The notes under the pieces: generated by a model
What the model was told of the DNA's origin: nothing
Seen by the model: only the letters and a program-made list of their open reading frames with translations
Database searches by the model: none
Translations under genes and position numbers: made by a program
In this document: positions 22,278 through 31,011 of the stretch, piece after piece
How positions within the stretch are numbered: position 1 is the stretch's first letter
Layout: every line of letters starts with the position of its first letter
DNA from: an uncultured Pseudomonadota bacterium
GTDB lineage: Bacteria; Myxococcota_A; Polyangia; Fen-1088
Reading direction: 5' to 3'
Length of the DNA: 64,000 nt
Assembly: GCA_963831685.1 (NCBI GenBank)
Contig: CAWHRJ010000015.1
Location: 62,305 to 126,304 of the forward strand

Positions 22278-23492
22278 ATGAACGGATCAATGTCGACGCC
22301 CGACATTCTCGGGCTGGTGAATCGTGAAATTACCCCCGACGTCATCCACCGCGCCGCGCTCCAGCTCGGCGAGGACGACGACCAGATGCGCTCGGCGCTG
22401 TCGACCACGGTCCCGTCCGTGTTGACGGCGCTGTCCGACGTGGCCTCGTCGGAGACGGGCGCCACGCACCTGACCCGCGTCATCCGCGGGATCGACGCCA
22501 ACCGGTCGGGCGCCGACAGCGTTGCGACGATCCTCGGCTCGACGGCGGGGCGCGAACAGGGAACGACGCTGTTCGATGGCGAGACAGGCGAGCGCGGCTC
22601 GAAGATCGCCGAGGCGGTGGCGCGCGCCTCGGGCATCAAGGCCGATTCGGCGCACAAGCTCCTGGGTGGAGCCACCGGCGCGACCTTGCTGACGATCGGT
22701 CGCAGCTGGCAACGGCTCGAGCCCGCGGCGCTCCGCTCGTTTCTGGGCGAGCACCGGAGCGAGTTCGTACAGCACCTGCCGGCGCCGGTCGCGTCGGTGT
22801 TCAACGGCCACGCGACCGTGGAGAGTGGGGCAGGGGTGCGCTCGGTCGAGACCGGCGTCGATCGCTCGCGCGTCGTCGGGACGCCCGCCATCCGGCGGGT
22901 GGCCGGACCGGAGCGCCGCGGTTGGCTGGCGCCGCTCATCCTGCTCGGCGCGCTCATGCTGATCGCCATCCCGCTGCTGCGCGCCTTTCGCCGGCCGGTG
23001 ATCCACTCCCAGGCGATGCGCAACTTCCCGGCGGAGACGGCCCGGATCACCACGCCGCTGGCGCTGCCCAACGGACAGACGCTGACGGTCCTGCGCGGCT
23101 CGCCGACCTTCGAGGTGGCCAGCTTCCTGGCCGGCAACGCGCCCGCGCCCGCGCGCTTCACGATGGCGCCGCTGAACTTCGAGTTCGCCACGACCCAGCT
23201 GACCCCCGAGTCGATGCCGACGCTGGACGACGTGGCCGCCATCCTGCGGGCCTACCCGACCGCGACCATCCGGGTCGAGAGCTACACCGACAGCGTCGGG
23301 ACCGCAGCCGCCAACCTCGACCTGTCACGTGACCGATCGGAGACGGTGAAGGGCCTGCTTGGCAGCCGCGGGATCGACCCTTCGCGGGTGACCACGGCCG
23401 GGTTGGGACAGGAAAACCCCATCGCTTCCAACGACACGGAGAGCGGTCGCGCGCAGAACCGGCGCACGGACTTCGTGGTTACCGGAAGGTGA
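22278..23492 (+). CDS. OmpA-family protein with N-terminal DUF937-like region
   Basis: Internal ATG of ORF 22077..23492. C-terminal OmpA_C: FEFATTQLTPESMPTLDDVAAILRAYPTATIRVESYTDSVGTAAANLDLSRDRSETV...GRAQNRRTDFVV. Has a mid-protein TM. Confidence 0.7.
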   Translation: MNGSMSTPDILGLVNREITPDVIHRAALQLGEDDDQMRSALSTTVPSVLTALSDVASSETGATHLTRVIRGIDANRSGADSVATILGSTAGREQGTTLFDGETGERGSKIAEAVARASGIKADSAHKLLGGATGATLLTIGRSWQRLEPAALRSFLGEHRSEFVQHLPAPVASVFNGHATVESGAGVRSVETGVDRSRVVGTPAIRRVAGPERRGWLAPLILLGALMLIAIPLLRAFRRPVIHSQAMRNFPAETARITTPLALPNGQTLTVLRGSPTFEVASFLAGNAPAPARFTMAPLNFEFATTQLTPESMPTLDDVAAILRAYPTATIRVESYTDSVGTAAANLDLSRDRSETVKGLLGSRGIDPSRVTTAGLGQENPIASNDTESGRAQNRRTDFVVTGR

Positions 23493-23533
23493 TCCGGCGA
23501 TCCGGATCCGAGCCCATCCGACCCCCTGTTCAG

Positions 23534-23562
23534 GTCCGCGAAGGATGCTCACCTTCGCGGAC
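23534..23562 (+). promoter_or_regulatory. perfect 11-bp stem / 7-nt loop hairpin GTCCGCGAAGG-atgctca-CCTTCGCGGAC
   Basis: Lies 42 nt after the OmpA-family stop and ends 1 nt before the Rieske ATG (23564). There is no T-tract, so it is not a canonical intrinsic terminator. Confidence 0.5.
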
Positions 23563-23563
23563 C

Positions 23564-24058
23564 ATGAGCTCCAAGGTCACGCGGCGGACGCTTCTGGTGC
23601 TGGCGCAGGGGGGCGTGACCTCGGCCGCCTTCGCCGGCTGTGCAGTGCTCTCCGGGGGCGCGAGTCACCCCCTCGTCGGTCCCGGCGATCAGACGCTGGC
23701 GGGCGATCGCCTCACCATCTCGCCCGCGGGGCTGGCCGCGGCCCAGCCGGGCGGGGTGCTGGAGGTGAAGCCGGGCAGCGGGCACCCCGACCTCCTCTTG
23801 CTGGCACCGGCGGCGGGCGGATCGCTCGGCGGGTCGCTCGGCGGGTCTTGGCGGGCGGTCACCGCGCACTGCACGCACAAGGGGTGCGTCGTCGGCTGGA
23901 ACGCGGCCAGCGGCGAGTGGAAGTGTCCCTGCCACGGGTCGCGCTACACGGCTGACGGGCAAGTGATCGCCGGTCCGGCCGAGCGGCCGCTGCAGGCGGC
24001 GCCGGTGCACTTCGACGGGGATTCGCTGGTCGTGGATCTCGCCGGCCTCACCATGTGA
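23564..24058 (+). CDS. Rieske (2Fe-2S) domain lipoprotein with Tat-like signal
   Basis: MSSKVTRRTLLVLAQGGVTSAAFAGC (twin-Arg plus lipobox). Rieske motifs CTHKGC and CPCHGS. GGSLGGSLGGS tandem repeat. Confidence 0.75.
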   Translation: MSSKVTRRTLLVLAQGGVTSAAFAGCAVLSGGASHPLVGPGDQTLAGDRLTISPAGLAAAQPGGVLEVKPGSGHPDLLLLAPAAGGSLGGSLGGSWRAVTAHCTHKGCVVGWNAASGEWKCPCHGSRYTADGQVIAGPAERPLQAAPVHFDGDSLVVDLAGLTM

Positions 24059-24073
24059 GAGATTGGCGGACGC

Positions 24074-24886
24074 GTGTCCGCCGCGTCGATCGTCGTCGCC
24101 AGCCACAACGTCATGCACGGGCGGCGCCTCGACGCGCTCCTGCCGTGCTACCTCGCGCTGCGCGACGGCGAGGGGCTCGACCTGCTCTGCCTGCAAGAAG
24201 ACCGCTTTCTCGACGGCGACACGGGCGAACGCCCCAGCGCGCGGATCGCCGCCGCGCTGGGCAGCGACTACCAGATCGTCCGCGACGACGGCGCGCCCGG
24301 CCTGGCGCTGGTGATCGACGGCCGCACGCTCGCGCCCGGCGATCGCGGCATCATCCCGCTGCCCCGGCTGGCGTCGCTGTCGTGGTTCGAGCGCCGCTAC
24401 ATCGTCGGCGGCAAGACCAAGCAGAAGCACGGGCTCTGGGCTTCGCTGACCGCGCGGACCGGCGACCTCACGTTCACGGCGGTCTCGTTCCACCTCGACA
24501 CCGCGGGCGGCCAGCGGCAGCGCGCGGCGCAGACGTCGGCGCTGGCGTCGGCGCTCGGCGAACGGAACCTGCACCGCGCGCTCTGTGCCTGCGGCGACAC
24601 CAACGCCTTCTCCTGGCGAGCGAACCGGCGGCAGCTCGATCGGCTGCTGGCGCCGCTGGCGGCGTTCGGCGCCGCCGACCCGGGGACGCGCCCCACGCAC
24701 TACTTCGCGCGACAGAACGAGCCGCCGGTCCCGCACCGGATCGGCGTCGCGCTCGGCAAGATCGGGATCGATCTTCCACGCCGCTACGACGTCGTCTGCA
24801 CGAACCTCGAGGCCCTGGCGCGCGGCCAGATCGAGACCCTCGGATCCGATCACGACTTGGTCTGGGCGCGCCTTCATGCTACGTAA
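24074..24886 (+). CDS. endonuclease/exonuclease/phosphatase (EEP) family protein
   Basis: 270 aa with a GTG start. SHNVMHG, LLCLQE, GDTNAF and C-terminal GSDHDLVWARL match EEP catalytic motifs. Confidence 0.65.
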   Translation: MSAASIVVASHNVMHGRRLDALLPCYLALRDGEGLDLLCLQEDRFLDGDTGERPSARIAAALGSDYQIVRDDGAPGLALVIDGRTLAPGDRGIIPLPRLASLSWFERRYIVGGKTKQKHGLWASLTARTGDLTFTAVSFHLDTAGGQRQRAAQTSALASALGERNLHRALCACGDTNAFSWRANRRQLDRLLAPLAAFGAADPGTRPTHYFARQNEPPVPHRIGVALGKIGIDLPRRYDVVCTNLEALARGQIETLGSDHDLVWARLHAT

Positions 24887-24892
24887 CAAGCG

Positions 24893-25123
24893 ATGAGCAC
24901 CGACGCGAAGGGACCACCGCTCTACGGGCTTCCGTTCGGGGGAGTCGCCTTCGGCCTCCTCTGGGTCGCCGGCGCCTTCGCGACGCTCTTCTACTGCTTC
25001 TGCTCGAACTACGTGAACAAGGCGAGCGTGCCGGTCCTGGAGCTGGCGATCGCCAACGCCGCGCTGGCCCCCGACCACGGCGGCGCCGACCACCGCGCCC
25101 CGGCCGCCGCGCCGCAGCCCTAG
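24893..25123 (+). CDS. hypothetical small membrane protein
   Basis: 76 aa with high GC3 and one TM (GGVAFGLLWVAGAFATLFYCF). Lies 6 nt after the EEP stop. Confidence 0.4.
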   Translation: MSTDAKGPPLYGLPFGGVAFGLLWVAGAFATLFYCFCSNYVNKASVPVLELAIANAALAPDHGGADHRAPAAAPQP

Positions 25124-25193
25124 CGCCAGGCGCTCCCGGGCCGCGCGGCGAACCGCCGATCCGGCACCGCCCGATCGGCGGTACGATGAAGCG

Positions 25194-26006
25194 ATGGGGA
25201 GACCGATCCTGACGTGCGGGCTGCTGGCGGCGTTCGGGGCGGCGGCGTGCAACGGCGGCTCGAACGGATCACCTGCGTCAGGGTCCGGCGGTGGCGGGTC
25301 CAGCGCGACGGGAGGCACCGGCGCGACCGGAGGCGTGACCGTCGGCGACGGCGGCGTCGTGCTCTACGGTGACCCCTACACGGGCGGGGTGTACAACCTG
25401 GGGCCCGTCGACTACGCCGAGACCGAGTGGCACAACGCCTGCGCGCCCGCGACCAAGTACGCGGTCTCGGTCCAAAACGAAGAGGGGGAGCTCCTGGCCG
25501 GGCTATGGAACGGGATTCCGAACGTCGCCGACTCCTGCGACGCCTGCATCACCGTGACGACGGCGATGGGGAAGAGCGCCCTCCTGCGCGTCGTCACCTA
25601 TGGCGATACGAGTGCGAACAGCATCGACGTCAGCCCGCAGGCCTACGATATCCTGAACAACGGCGAGTACCCGCGGGCGATGACCTGGCAGTTCGCGGAA
25701 TGTCCCGCGACCGGGGTCATCAACTACGAGTTCCAGACCGGCTCGAACCCGTACTGGACCAGCCTCTGGGTCCGCAACGCGCGGGTCCCGCTGGCGAACG
25801 TCGAGGTCAAGAGCCTGAACCATTCCAGCTTCATCGCGCTCACCCGGGCCAGCGACGGGACGGTGACCGACGCGAGCGGCTTCGGCGCGGGGACGTTCAC
25901 GCTCCGACTGACAGGGGTCGACGGCCAGCAGGTGAGCGACACGTTCGACTGGCCTGCCGCGGGGATCGCGGGGCAGATGCTGAACGGGCAGGGGAACTTC
26001 CCGTAG
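25194..26006 (+). CDS. expansin-like (EXLX1/YoaJ family) lipoprotein
   Basis: Lipobox AAACNGG and a Gly/Ser linker. The D1 and D2 domains align by eye with B. subtilis EXLX1: IDVSPQAYDIL; MTWQFAECPATGVINYEFQTGSNPYWTSLWVRNARVPLANVEVK; FTLRLTGVDGQQVSDTF. Confidence 0.75.
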   Translation: MGRPILTCGLLAAFGAAACNGGSNGSPASGSGGGGSSATGGTGATGGVTVGDGGVVLYGDPYTGGVYNLGPVDYAETEWHNACAPATKYAVSVQNEEGELLAGLWNGIPNVADSCDACITVTTAMGKSALLRVVTYGDTSANSIDVSPQAYDILNNGEYPRAMTWQFAECPATGVINYEFQTGSNPYWTSLWVRNARVPLANVEVKSLNHSSFIALTRASDGTVTDASGFGAGTFTLRLTGVDGQQVSDTFDWPAAGIAGQMLNGQGNFP

Positions 26007-26045
26007 GGAACGTCCCCCGCGCCCGCAGCGGGCGTGGAGCCGGTG

Positions 26046-26324
26046 CTACTCGGGGAGCTTGACGCCGGCGGCGCTGAAGATCTTGGTCGCCAGCCAGCGG
26101 GGGCTGACCTGGTACTGCCCCGCCGCGACCAGCTTGCGCAGCGCCTCGACGCGCGCGGGCGAGGTGACCGAGGCGGCCTGGACGGGAGCGCCTGACGCAC
26201 GAACAGCGGACCGACGGTGCGTCATGTATCTGTTGGTGTCGCTCATGCCTACACCATCGGCCGATGTAGATGAGGCCTTGAGGAAAAAATTCGATGGTGG
26301 CGCCGGGTCAGGCGCTACGGGCAA
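26046..26324 (-). CDS. flgM: anti-sigma-28 factor FlgM family protein
   Basis: The C-terminus ARVEALRKLVAAGQYQVSPRWLATKIF matches the FlgM sigma-binding helix region. The ORF-track start is TTG; the ATG at 26246 (MSDTNRY) is an alternative. Confidence 0.6.
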   Translation of the reverse strand: MPVAPDPAPPSNFFLKASSTSADGVGMSDTNRYMTHRRSAVRASGAPVQAASVTSPARVEALRKLVAAGQYQVSPRWLATKIFSAAGVKLPE

Positions 26325-26344
26325 ACCCCGCGGATTTCGCGTGG

Positions 26345-27106
26345 TTAGGCGGCAGCCTCGGCGGCCAGCTCACCCAGCGAGTCGCGCAGGCGGCGCGTCG
26401 CCTCCCCGTGGATCTGGCAGACGCGCGACTCGGTCACGCCCAGGACCGAGCCGATCTCCTTGAGGTTCAGGTTGTCGCAGTAGTAGAGCGACAGGACCTG
26501 CTGCATCTTCTCGGGCAGGCCGCCGATGCCGGAGACCAGGCGATCGAGCATCTCGCGGCGCGAGGCGAGCTCGAACGGATCGTCGGCGGAGGCGTCACCG
26601 GTGCGCTCGAGCAGGTCGGGGCCCGCGTCGTCGATGCCGACCACCGACGAGCCGGAGAGCTTCTGCTGGCGGGCGTAGAGCTCCTCGACGCCGACGCCGA
26701 GGCGCTTGGCGATCTCCTCGTGGTCGGGCGTCCGCCCGAGCTGTGCCTCGAGGCGGCGGGTGGCGTCGCGCAGCTCGTTGGAGAGGCGCCGCATGTCGCG
26801 CGAGAGCGTGTCCCGCGAGCGCAGGTCGTCCAGCATCGCGCCGCGGATCCGGAACTCCGCGAACGCCTCGAAGCGATCGACGCGCGAGGGATCGAACCGC
26901 TCGGCCGCCTCCATGAGGCCGATGACCCCCGACGAGATCAGGTCGTCGATCTCGACGTGCGCGGGGAGGCGGCGGGCCAGCCTGCGCGCCACCTTCTCGA
27001 TGTAGGGAAAGAACTTCGCGGCGTACTCGTTCCGGCGCGCGACGAGATCCTTCTTGGCCTTCTTGGCGGGCTTGGTCGAAACTTTGCGCTTCGTCGACGT
27101 GGGCAT
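26345..27106 (-). CDS. fliA: FliA/WhiG-family (sigma-28) RNA polymerase sigma factor
   Basis: The last 253 codons of ORF 26345..28594, from MPTSTKRK. Region 2 DDLISSGVIGLMEAAERFDPSRVDRFEAFAEFRIRGAMLDDLR, region 4 LSLYYCDNLNLKEIGSVLGVTESRVCQIH. Confidence 0.8.
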   Translation of the reverse strand: MPTSTKRKVSTKPAKKAKKDLVARRNEYAAKFFPYIEKVARRLARRLPAHVEIDDLISSGVIGLMEAAERFDPSRVDRFEAFAEFRIRGAMLDDLRSRDTLSRDMRRLSNELRDATRRLEAQLGRTPDHEEIAKRLGVGVEELYARQQKLSGSSVVGIDDAGPDLLERTGDASADDPFELASRREMLDRLVSGIGGLPEKMQQVLSLYYCDNLNLKEIGSVLGVTESRVCQIHGEATRRLRDSLGELAAEAAA

Positions 27107-27118
27107 GCTGACACATTG

Positions 27119-27134
27119 AGCACACGGCGTGCCA
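27119..27134 (-). promoter_or_regulatory. sigma-54-like -24/-12 element TGGCAC-gccgt-GTGCT (GG-N10-GC)
   Basis: The minus strand reads cg TGGCAC gccgt GTGCT caatgtgtcagc ATG(27106). The -12 box is imperfect (GTGC rather than TTGC) and the predicted transcript would be essentially leaderless. Confidence 0.3.
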
Positions 27135-27351
27135 CGTTCATGGCGTCTCAGCCGCCGCATTCCGCGCCGACTTCGCGCCCGGCGCGCGCGCCGACCGTCA
27201 ATGGATTGGCGGTCTGCCGTCGGAGGCGCCGTCAACCCGGTGACGGTCTCCAGGAACCCGACCTGCGCGGTGCTCGGCGCGGGTGAGCGGCGGGGGCGCT
27301 CACCGACGGACATGTGCGTCTCTTGCTTTTTGTTCTCTGTCTTGCTTGGGG

Positions 27352-28689
27352 CTAGGCGACGACCCGGCGGCGAAGCTTCTCCACCAGGGTGGTGCGGTTG
27401 AGGCCGAGGAGGTCGGCGGCGCGGTTCCGGTTGCCGCCGGTCCGCGCCAGCGCCTCGGCGATGAAGCGCTCCTCGAGCTCGGTCAGAAGGACGCGCAGGT
27501 CGACGCCGTTGGCCGGTAGGCGCCGGGTGGCGCGCTCGAAGTCGATCACCTGGATGCGCAGGTGCGCCGGGAGGTCCTTCATCACCACCATCCGCGTCCC
27601 GACGGTGACCACCAGCCGCTCGCAGAGGTGCTCGAGCTCCCGCACGTTGCCTGGCCAGTCGTGCTGCGAAAACCGGTGCATCACGTCGAGCGCGAAGCCG
27701 GGGACATGGCGCCCTTCGCGCGCGTTGACCAGCCGACGGAAGTGCTCGGCCAGCGCCGGAATGTCCTCGCGACGCTCGCGCAGCGGAGGCAGCTCGATCG
27801 GCGCCGCCGTGAGCAGGTCGTAGAGCTCCTCGTCGAAGCGATCGGCCGTGACCAGATCGCGCAGATCGCTCCGCGTCGCGGCCACCAGACGCACGTCCAG
27901 CGGCACCGGGGCGCCGCCGGCGGAGGTCACCGTGCGCTCCCGCAGGACCCGCCGCAGCTTGAGCTGGACCCGCGCCGGGAGCTGGTCGATCTCCTCGACG
28001 AACAGCGTCCCGCCGTGCGCGGCGGTCAACCAGCCGGCGCGCGGGCGATCGCCGTCGCCGGGAGCACCCGCCTGCCCGAAGAGCTCTGTCTCGACGAGCA
28101 GCTCGGGGATGGCCGCCAGGTTCACCGCCACGAACGGTCCATCGCGGCGGGCGCTGGCGCCGTGCACCAGCCGCGCCAGCGTCTCCTTGCCGGTGCCGGT
28201 CTCGCCGCACAGAAGCACCGGAACGTCGGTGGCGGCGATCTGCTCCGCGCGCGCCAGCGCTTCGCGGATGGACGGGTGGTCTCCGACCAGGGCGGCGGTC
28301 CCCGCCGGACGGCGCGCCGAACCGGGATCTCCCAGCCGGCGCAAGAGCGGGGCCAGCCGCGAGCCGCAGAAGGGCTTGGCGACGATCTCGGCGGCGCCAG
28401 CGCAGAGCGCCTCGACGGCACCCGCGCCCCGCGCGGTCAGCGCGACCGCCGGCACCGGCGGCCTGCAGGCGCGCGCCTTGAGCACCACCGCCGTCCCCTC
28501 GGCGGCGGGAAGATCGAGATCGACGAGGCAGAGGTCGATGCCGTTGTCCGCCCCGGTTTCGCCGAGGCGGGCGATTGCCTCGGCGGCGCCGCACGCGATG
28601 ATCGGCTCGGCGTCGATGCTCCCCACCAGCCGGCCGAGCTCCGCGGCGAGCGCGGGGTCGTCGTCGACGATGAGGATTCGCTTCGCCAT
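27352..28689 (-). CDS. response regulator with AAA+ sigma-54-interaction-type domain and Fis HTH (NtrC family), GAFTGA loop degenerate
   Basis: REC (MAKRILIVDDD, CLVDLDLP, AKPF), Walker A GETGTGKE, GGTLFVEEIDQL and C-terminal GGNRNRAADLLGLNRTTLVEKLRR. At the GAFTGA position it reads ELFGQAGAPGDGD (GAPGDG at 28051..28068). Confidence 0.8.
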   Translation of the reverse strand: MAKRILIVDDDPALAAELGRLVGSIDAEPIIACGAAEAIARLGETGADNGIDLCLVDLDLPAAEGTAVVLKARACRPPVPAVALTARGAGAVEALCAGAAEIVAKPFCGSRLAPLLRRLGDPGSARRPAGTAALVGDHPSIREALARAEQIAATDVPVLLCGETGTGKETLARLVHGASARRDGPFVAVNLAAIPELLVETELFGQAGAPGDGDRPRAGWLTAAHGGTLFVEEIDQLPARVQLKLRRVLRERTVTSAGGAPVPLDVRLVAATRSDLRDLVTADRFDEELYDLLTAAPIELPPLRERREDIPALAEHFRRLVNAREGRHVPGFALDVMHRFSQHDWPGNVRELEHLCERLVVTVGTRMVVMKDLPAHLRIQVIDFERATRRLPANGVDLRVLLTELEERFIAEALARTGGNRNRAADLLGLNRTTLVEKLRRRVVA

Positions 28690-28866
28690 TCTGTCCGGTT
28701 CATCGGCCGCCCGGAAATGCCCCTTGAGGCAAACGGCCTGTTGCGAAGAGCACAACAGCGTTCGCGGGTCGCCCGGATTCGGGGCGAAAGGGCGGTCCTG
28801 CGCGGACTTCGCCTGTTGCGACGCGCCCCGTGGTGATCGTGCGCGGAAGGCTCGGGGCGGCGCGGG

Positions 28867-29991
28867 TCAGCCGCGCGCGTCGGCGCTCGGGTACGAGCCC
28901 AGGACCTTCACCGTCTCCGACGCCTTGCGGACGTCGGCGATGGCGGCGGCGACGGGCGCGTCACGCTCGTGGCCGTCGATGTCGACGAAGAAGACGTACT
29001 CCCAGGCACGGCGGCGCGAGGGACGGCTCTCGATCTTGGTCATGTTGAGGCCGCGCTCGGCGAAGGCGCCGAGCACGCGGTAGAGGATGCCCGGCTCGTC
29101 GCGGGTGACGAGCAGGAGCGACGTCTTGTCGCGGCCGGTCGGCTCGGCCTGATCGCGCCCGAGCACGAGGAACCGCGTCATGTTGTGCGCCAGGTCCTCG
29201 ATCTTGCGGCGCGCCACCACCAGCTCGTTGAGCTTGGCGGCCAACTCCGAGCCGACGGCAGCGCCGCGAGCGTCGTCGTGCGCGAGGCGCGCCGCCTCGG
29301 CAGTGGAGCGCGACTCGACCAGCGTCGCCTTGGGCAGGTTGGCCGCCAGCCAGCGGCGCACCTGGGCCAGCGCGATGGGGATCGAGTAGACGCGCTCGAT
29401 CTGCGCCACCGTCACGTCGGCGCGCGCGAGCAGGCACATGTTCACCTCCAGCGCAATCTCGGCGCAGACCTTGAGGTCGCTGTCGAGGAAGGTGTCGAGC
29501 GTGTGGGTGACCATGCCTTCGGTGGTGTTCTCGACGGGGACGACGCCGTAGTCGGCGTTGCCACGCTCGACCTCCTCGAACACCGACGGGATGGTCCCCA
29601 TCGGGATCGAGCGGGCCGAAAGCCCGAACTGCTTCTTCACCGCGATGTCGGAGAAGGTCCCCTCGGGGCCGAGGTAGGCGACCCGGACGCGCTTCTCCAG
29701 CGTCAGGCAGGCGCTGAAGATCTCCTGAAACACCGAACGAATCGACTCGCTGGGGAACGGTCCCGGGTTGGCGGCGGCCAGCCGCTCGGCGATCTGCCGC
29801 TCGCGCGAGGGGACGTAGAACGGGACCGAGATGGCGGTCTTGAGGTCGGCCACGCGCCGGACGTGCTCCGCGCGCTGGTTGAGCAGGCGCAGGATCTCGT
29901 CGTCGGTCGCGTCGATCTTGGCACGCAGCGCCGCCAGCTCCAGCTTGAGCGCCTCGGGATCCAAATTTGGATCATCCCGGTCCTTGGCCAT
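28867..29991 (-). CDS. pheA: bifunctional chorismate mutase / prephenate dehydratase
   Basis: Internal ATG of ORF 28867..30774. CM part LRAKIDATDDEILRLLNQRAEHVRRVADLK, PDT part VAYLGPEGTFSDIA...VVPVENTTEGMV, ACT part TSLLLVTRDEPGILYRVLGAFAERGLNMTKIESRP. Confidence 0.85.
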   Translation of the reverse strand: MAKDRDDPNLDPEALKLELAALRAKIDATDDEILRLLNQRAEHVRRVADLKTAISVPFYVPSRERQIAERLAAANPGPFPSESIRSVFQEIFSACLTLEKRVRVAYLGPEGTFSDIAVKKQFGLSARSIPMGTIPSVFEEVERGNADYGVVPVENTTEGMVTHTLDTFLDSDLKVCAEIALEVNMCLLARADVTVAQIERVYSIPIALAQVRRWLAANLPKATLVESRSTAEAARLAHDDARGAAVGSELAAKLNELVVARRKIEDLAHNMTRFLVLGRDQAEPTGRDKTSLLLVTRDEPGILYRVLGAFAERGLNMTKIESRPSRRRAWEYVFFVDIDGHERDAPVAAAIADVRKASETVKVLGSYPSADARG

Positions 29992-30018
29992 CGGGCGGGA
30001 GCTTACTACACTCGCAAC

Positions 30019-31011
30019 GTGAGGCTGGCGACGCTGCGCGACGGGACGCGGGATGGCGCGTTGCTCGTGGTCGGGCGCGATGGCGGCAGCTCGGTCCGCG
30101 CGTCGGAGATCGCGCCGACGCTGCAGGCGGCGCTCGACGACTGGACGCGCGCCGCGCCCGCGCTGGCCGCGCTGGCCGAGCGACTCGAGCTCCAGACCGT
30201 CGCCGCCGAGCCTCTCGACGACGCGCGCCTCGGGCCGCCCCTGCCGCGCGCGTACGAGTGGATCGACGGGTCGGCGTTTCTCAACCACGTGCGGCTCGTG
30301 CGCAGGGCGCGCAACGCGCCGCCGCCGCCCACGCTGGAGAGCGATCCGCTCGTCTACCAGGGCGGCTCGGGCGTCCTGCTCGGCCCGCGCGACGATCTGC
30401 ACCTCGGCGATCCCTCCTTTGGGCTCGACTTCGAGAGCGAGGTGGCGGTGATCCTCGGCGACGTTCCACGCGGCACGACCGCCGCCGACGCCGCCGCCTG
30501 TGTGCGTCTCCTCGTGCTGGCCAACGACGTCACGCTGCGCAACCTGGTGCCGGGCGAGCTCGCCAAGGGGTTCGGCTTCTTCCAGTCGAAGCCGTCGACC
30601 GCCTTCTCGCCGTTCGCCGTGACGCCCGACGAGCTCGGCGGGGCCTGGCGCGGCGGGCGCGTTCACCTGCCGCTCCGCACGACGCTCAAGCGGGCGGGCG
30701 GTGCGCCGCAGCTGGTCGGGGATCCCGACGCGGGCGCCGAGATGCACTTCTCGTTCTTCGATCTCGTGGCACACGCGGCGCGCACGCGTGCGCTCACCGC
30801 GGGGACGATCCTGGGGAGCGGCACCGTCTCCAACGCCGATCCGGCGCGTGGCATCTCCTGCCTGGCCGAGCTGCGCGCGCGAGAGACCATCGCCGCCGGC
30901 GCGCCGGTGACGCCCTATCTCGCCGCCGGGGACGCGGTGGCGATCGAGATGCGCGACGGCGGCGGGCGCGATCTGTTCGGCCGCATCGCCCAGCGGGTGG
31001 TGAGCGTTTGA
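30019..31011 (+). CDS. fumarylacetoacetate hydrolase (FAH) family protein
   Basis: GTG start inside ORF 28969..31011. VRLATLRDGTRDGALLVVGRDG..., ESEVAVILG, FFQSKPSTAFSPFAVTPDEL and TILGSGTVSN are typical of the roughly 330-aa FAH family. Confidence 0.75.
   Translation: MRLATLRDGTRDGALLVVGRDGGSSVRASEIAPTLQAALDDWTRAAPALAALAERLELQTVAAEPLDDARLGPPLPRAYEWIDGSAFLNHVRLVRRARNAPPPPTLESDPLVYQGGSGVLLGPRDDLHLGDPSFGLDFESEVAVILGDVPRGTTAADAAACVRLLVLANDVTLRNLVPGELAKGFGFFQSKPSTAFSPFAVTPDELGGAWRGGRVHLPLRTTLKRAGGAPQLVGDPDAGAEMHFSFFDLVAHAARTRALTAGTILGSGTVSNADPARGISCLAELRARETIAAGAPVTPYLAAGDAVAIEMRDGGGRDLFGRIAQRVVSV

Noticed and set aside
26345-28594. 749-aa ORF suggesting one giant protein
   Set aside because: Only the last 253 codons (from MPTSTKRK at 27106) are sigma-factor sequence. 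The upstream part is an out-of-frame read-through of the EBP gene region.
26046-28689. A flagellar gene cluster
   Set aside because: Only fliA, flgM and an EBP are present. No flh, fli, flg or mot genes occur in the window.
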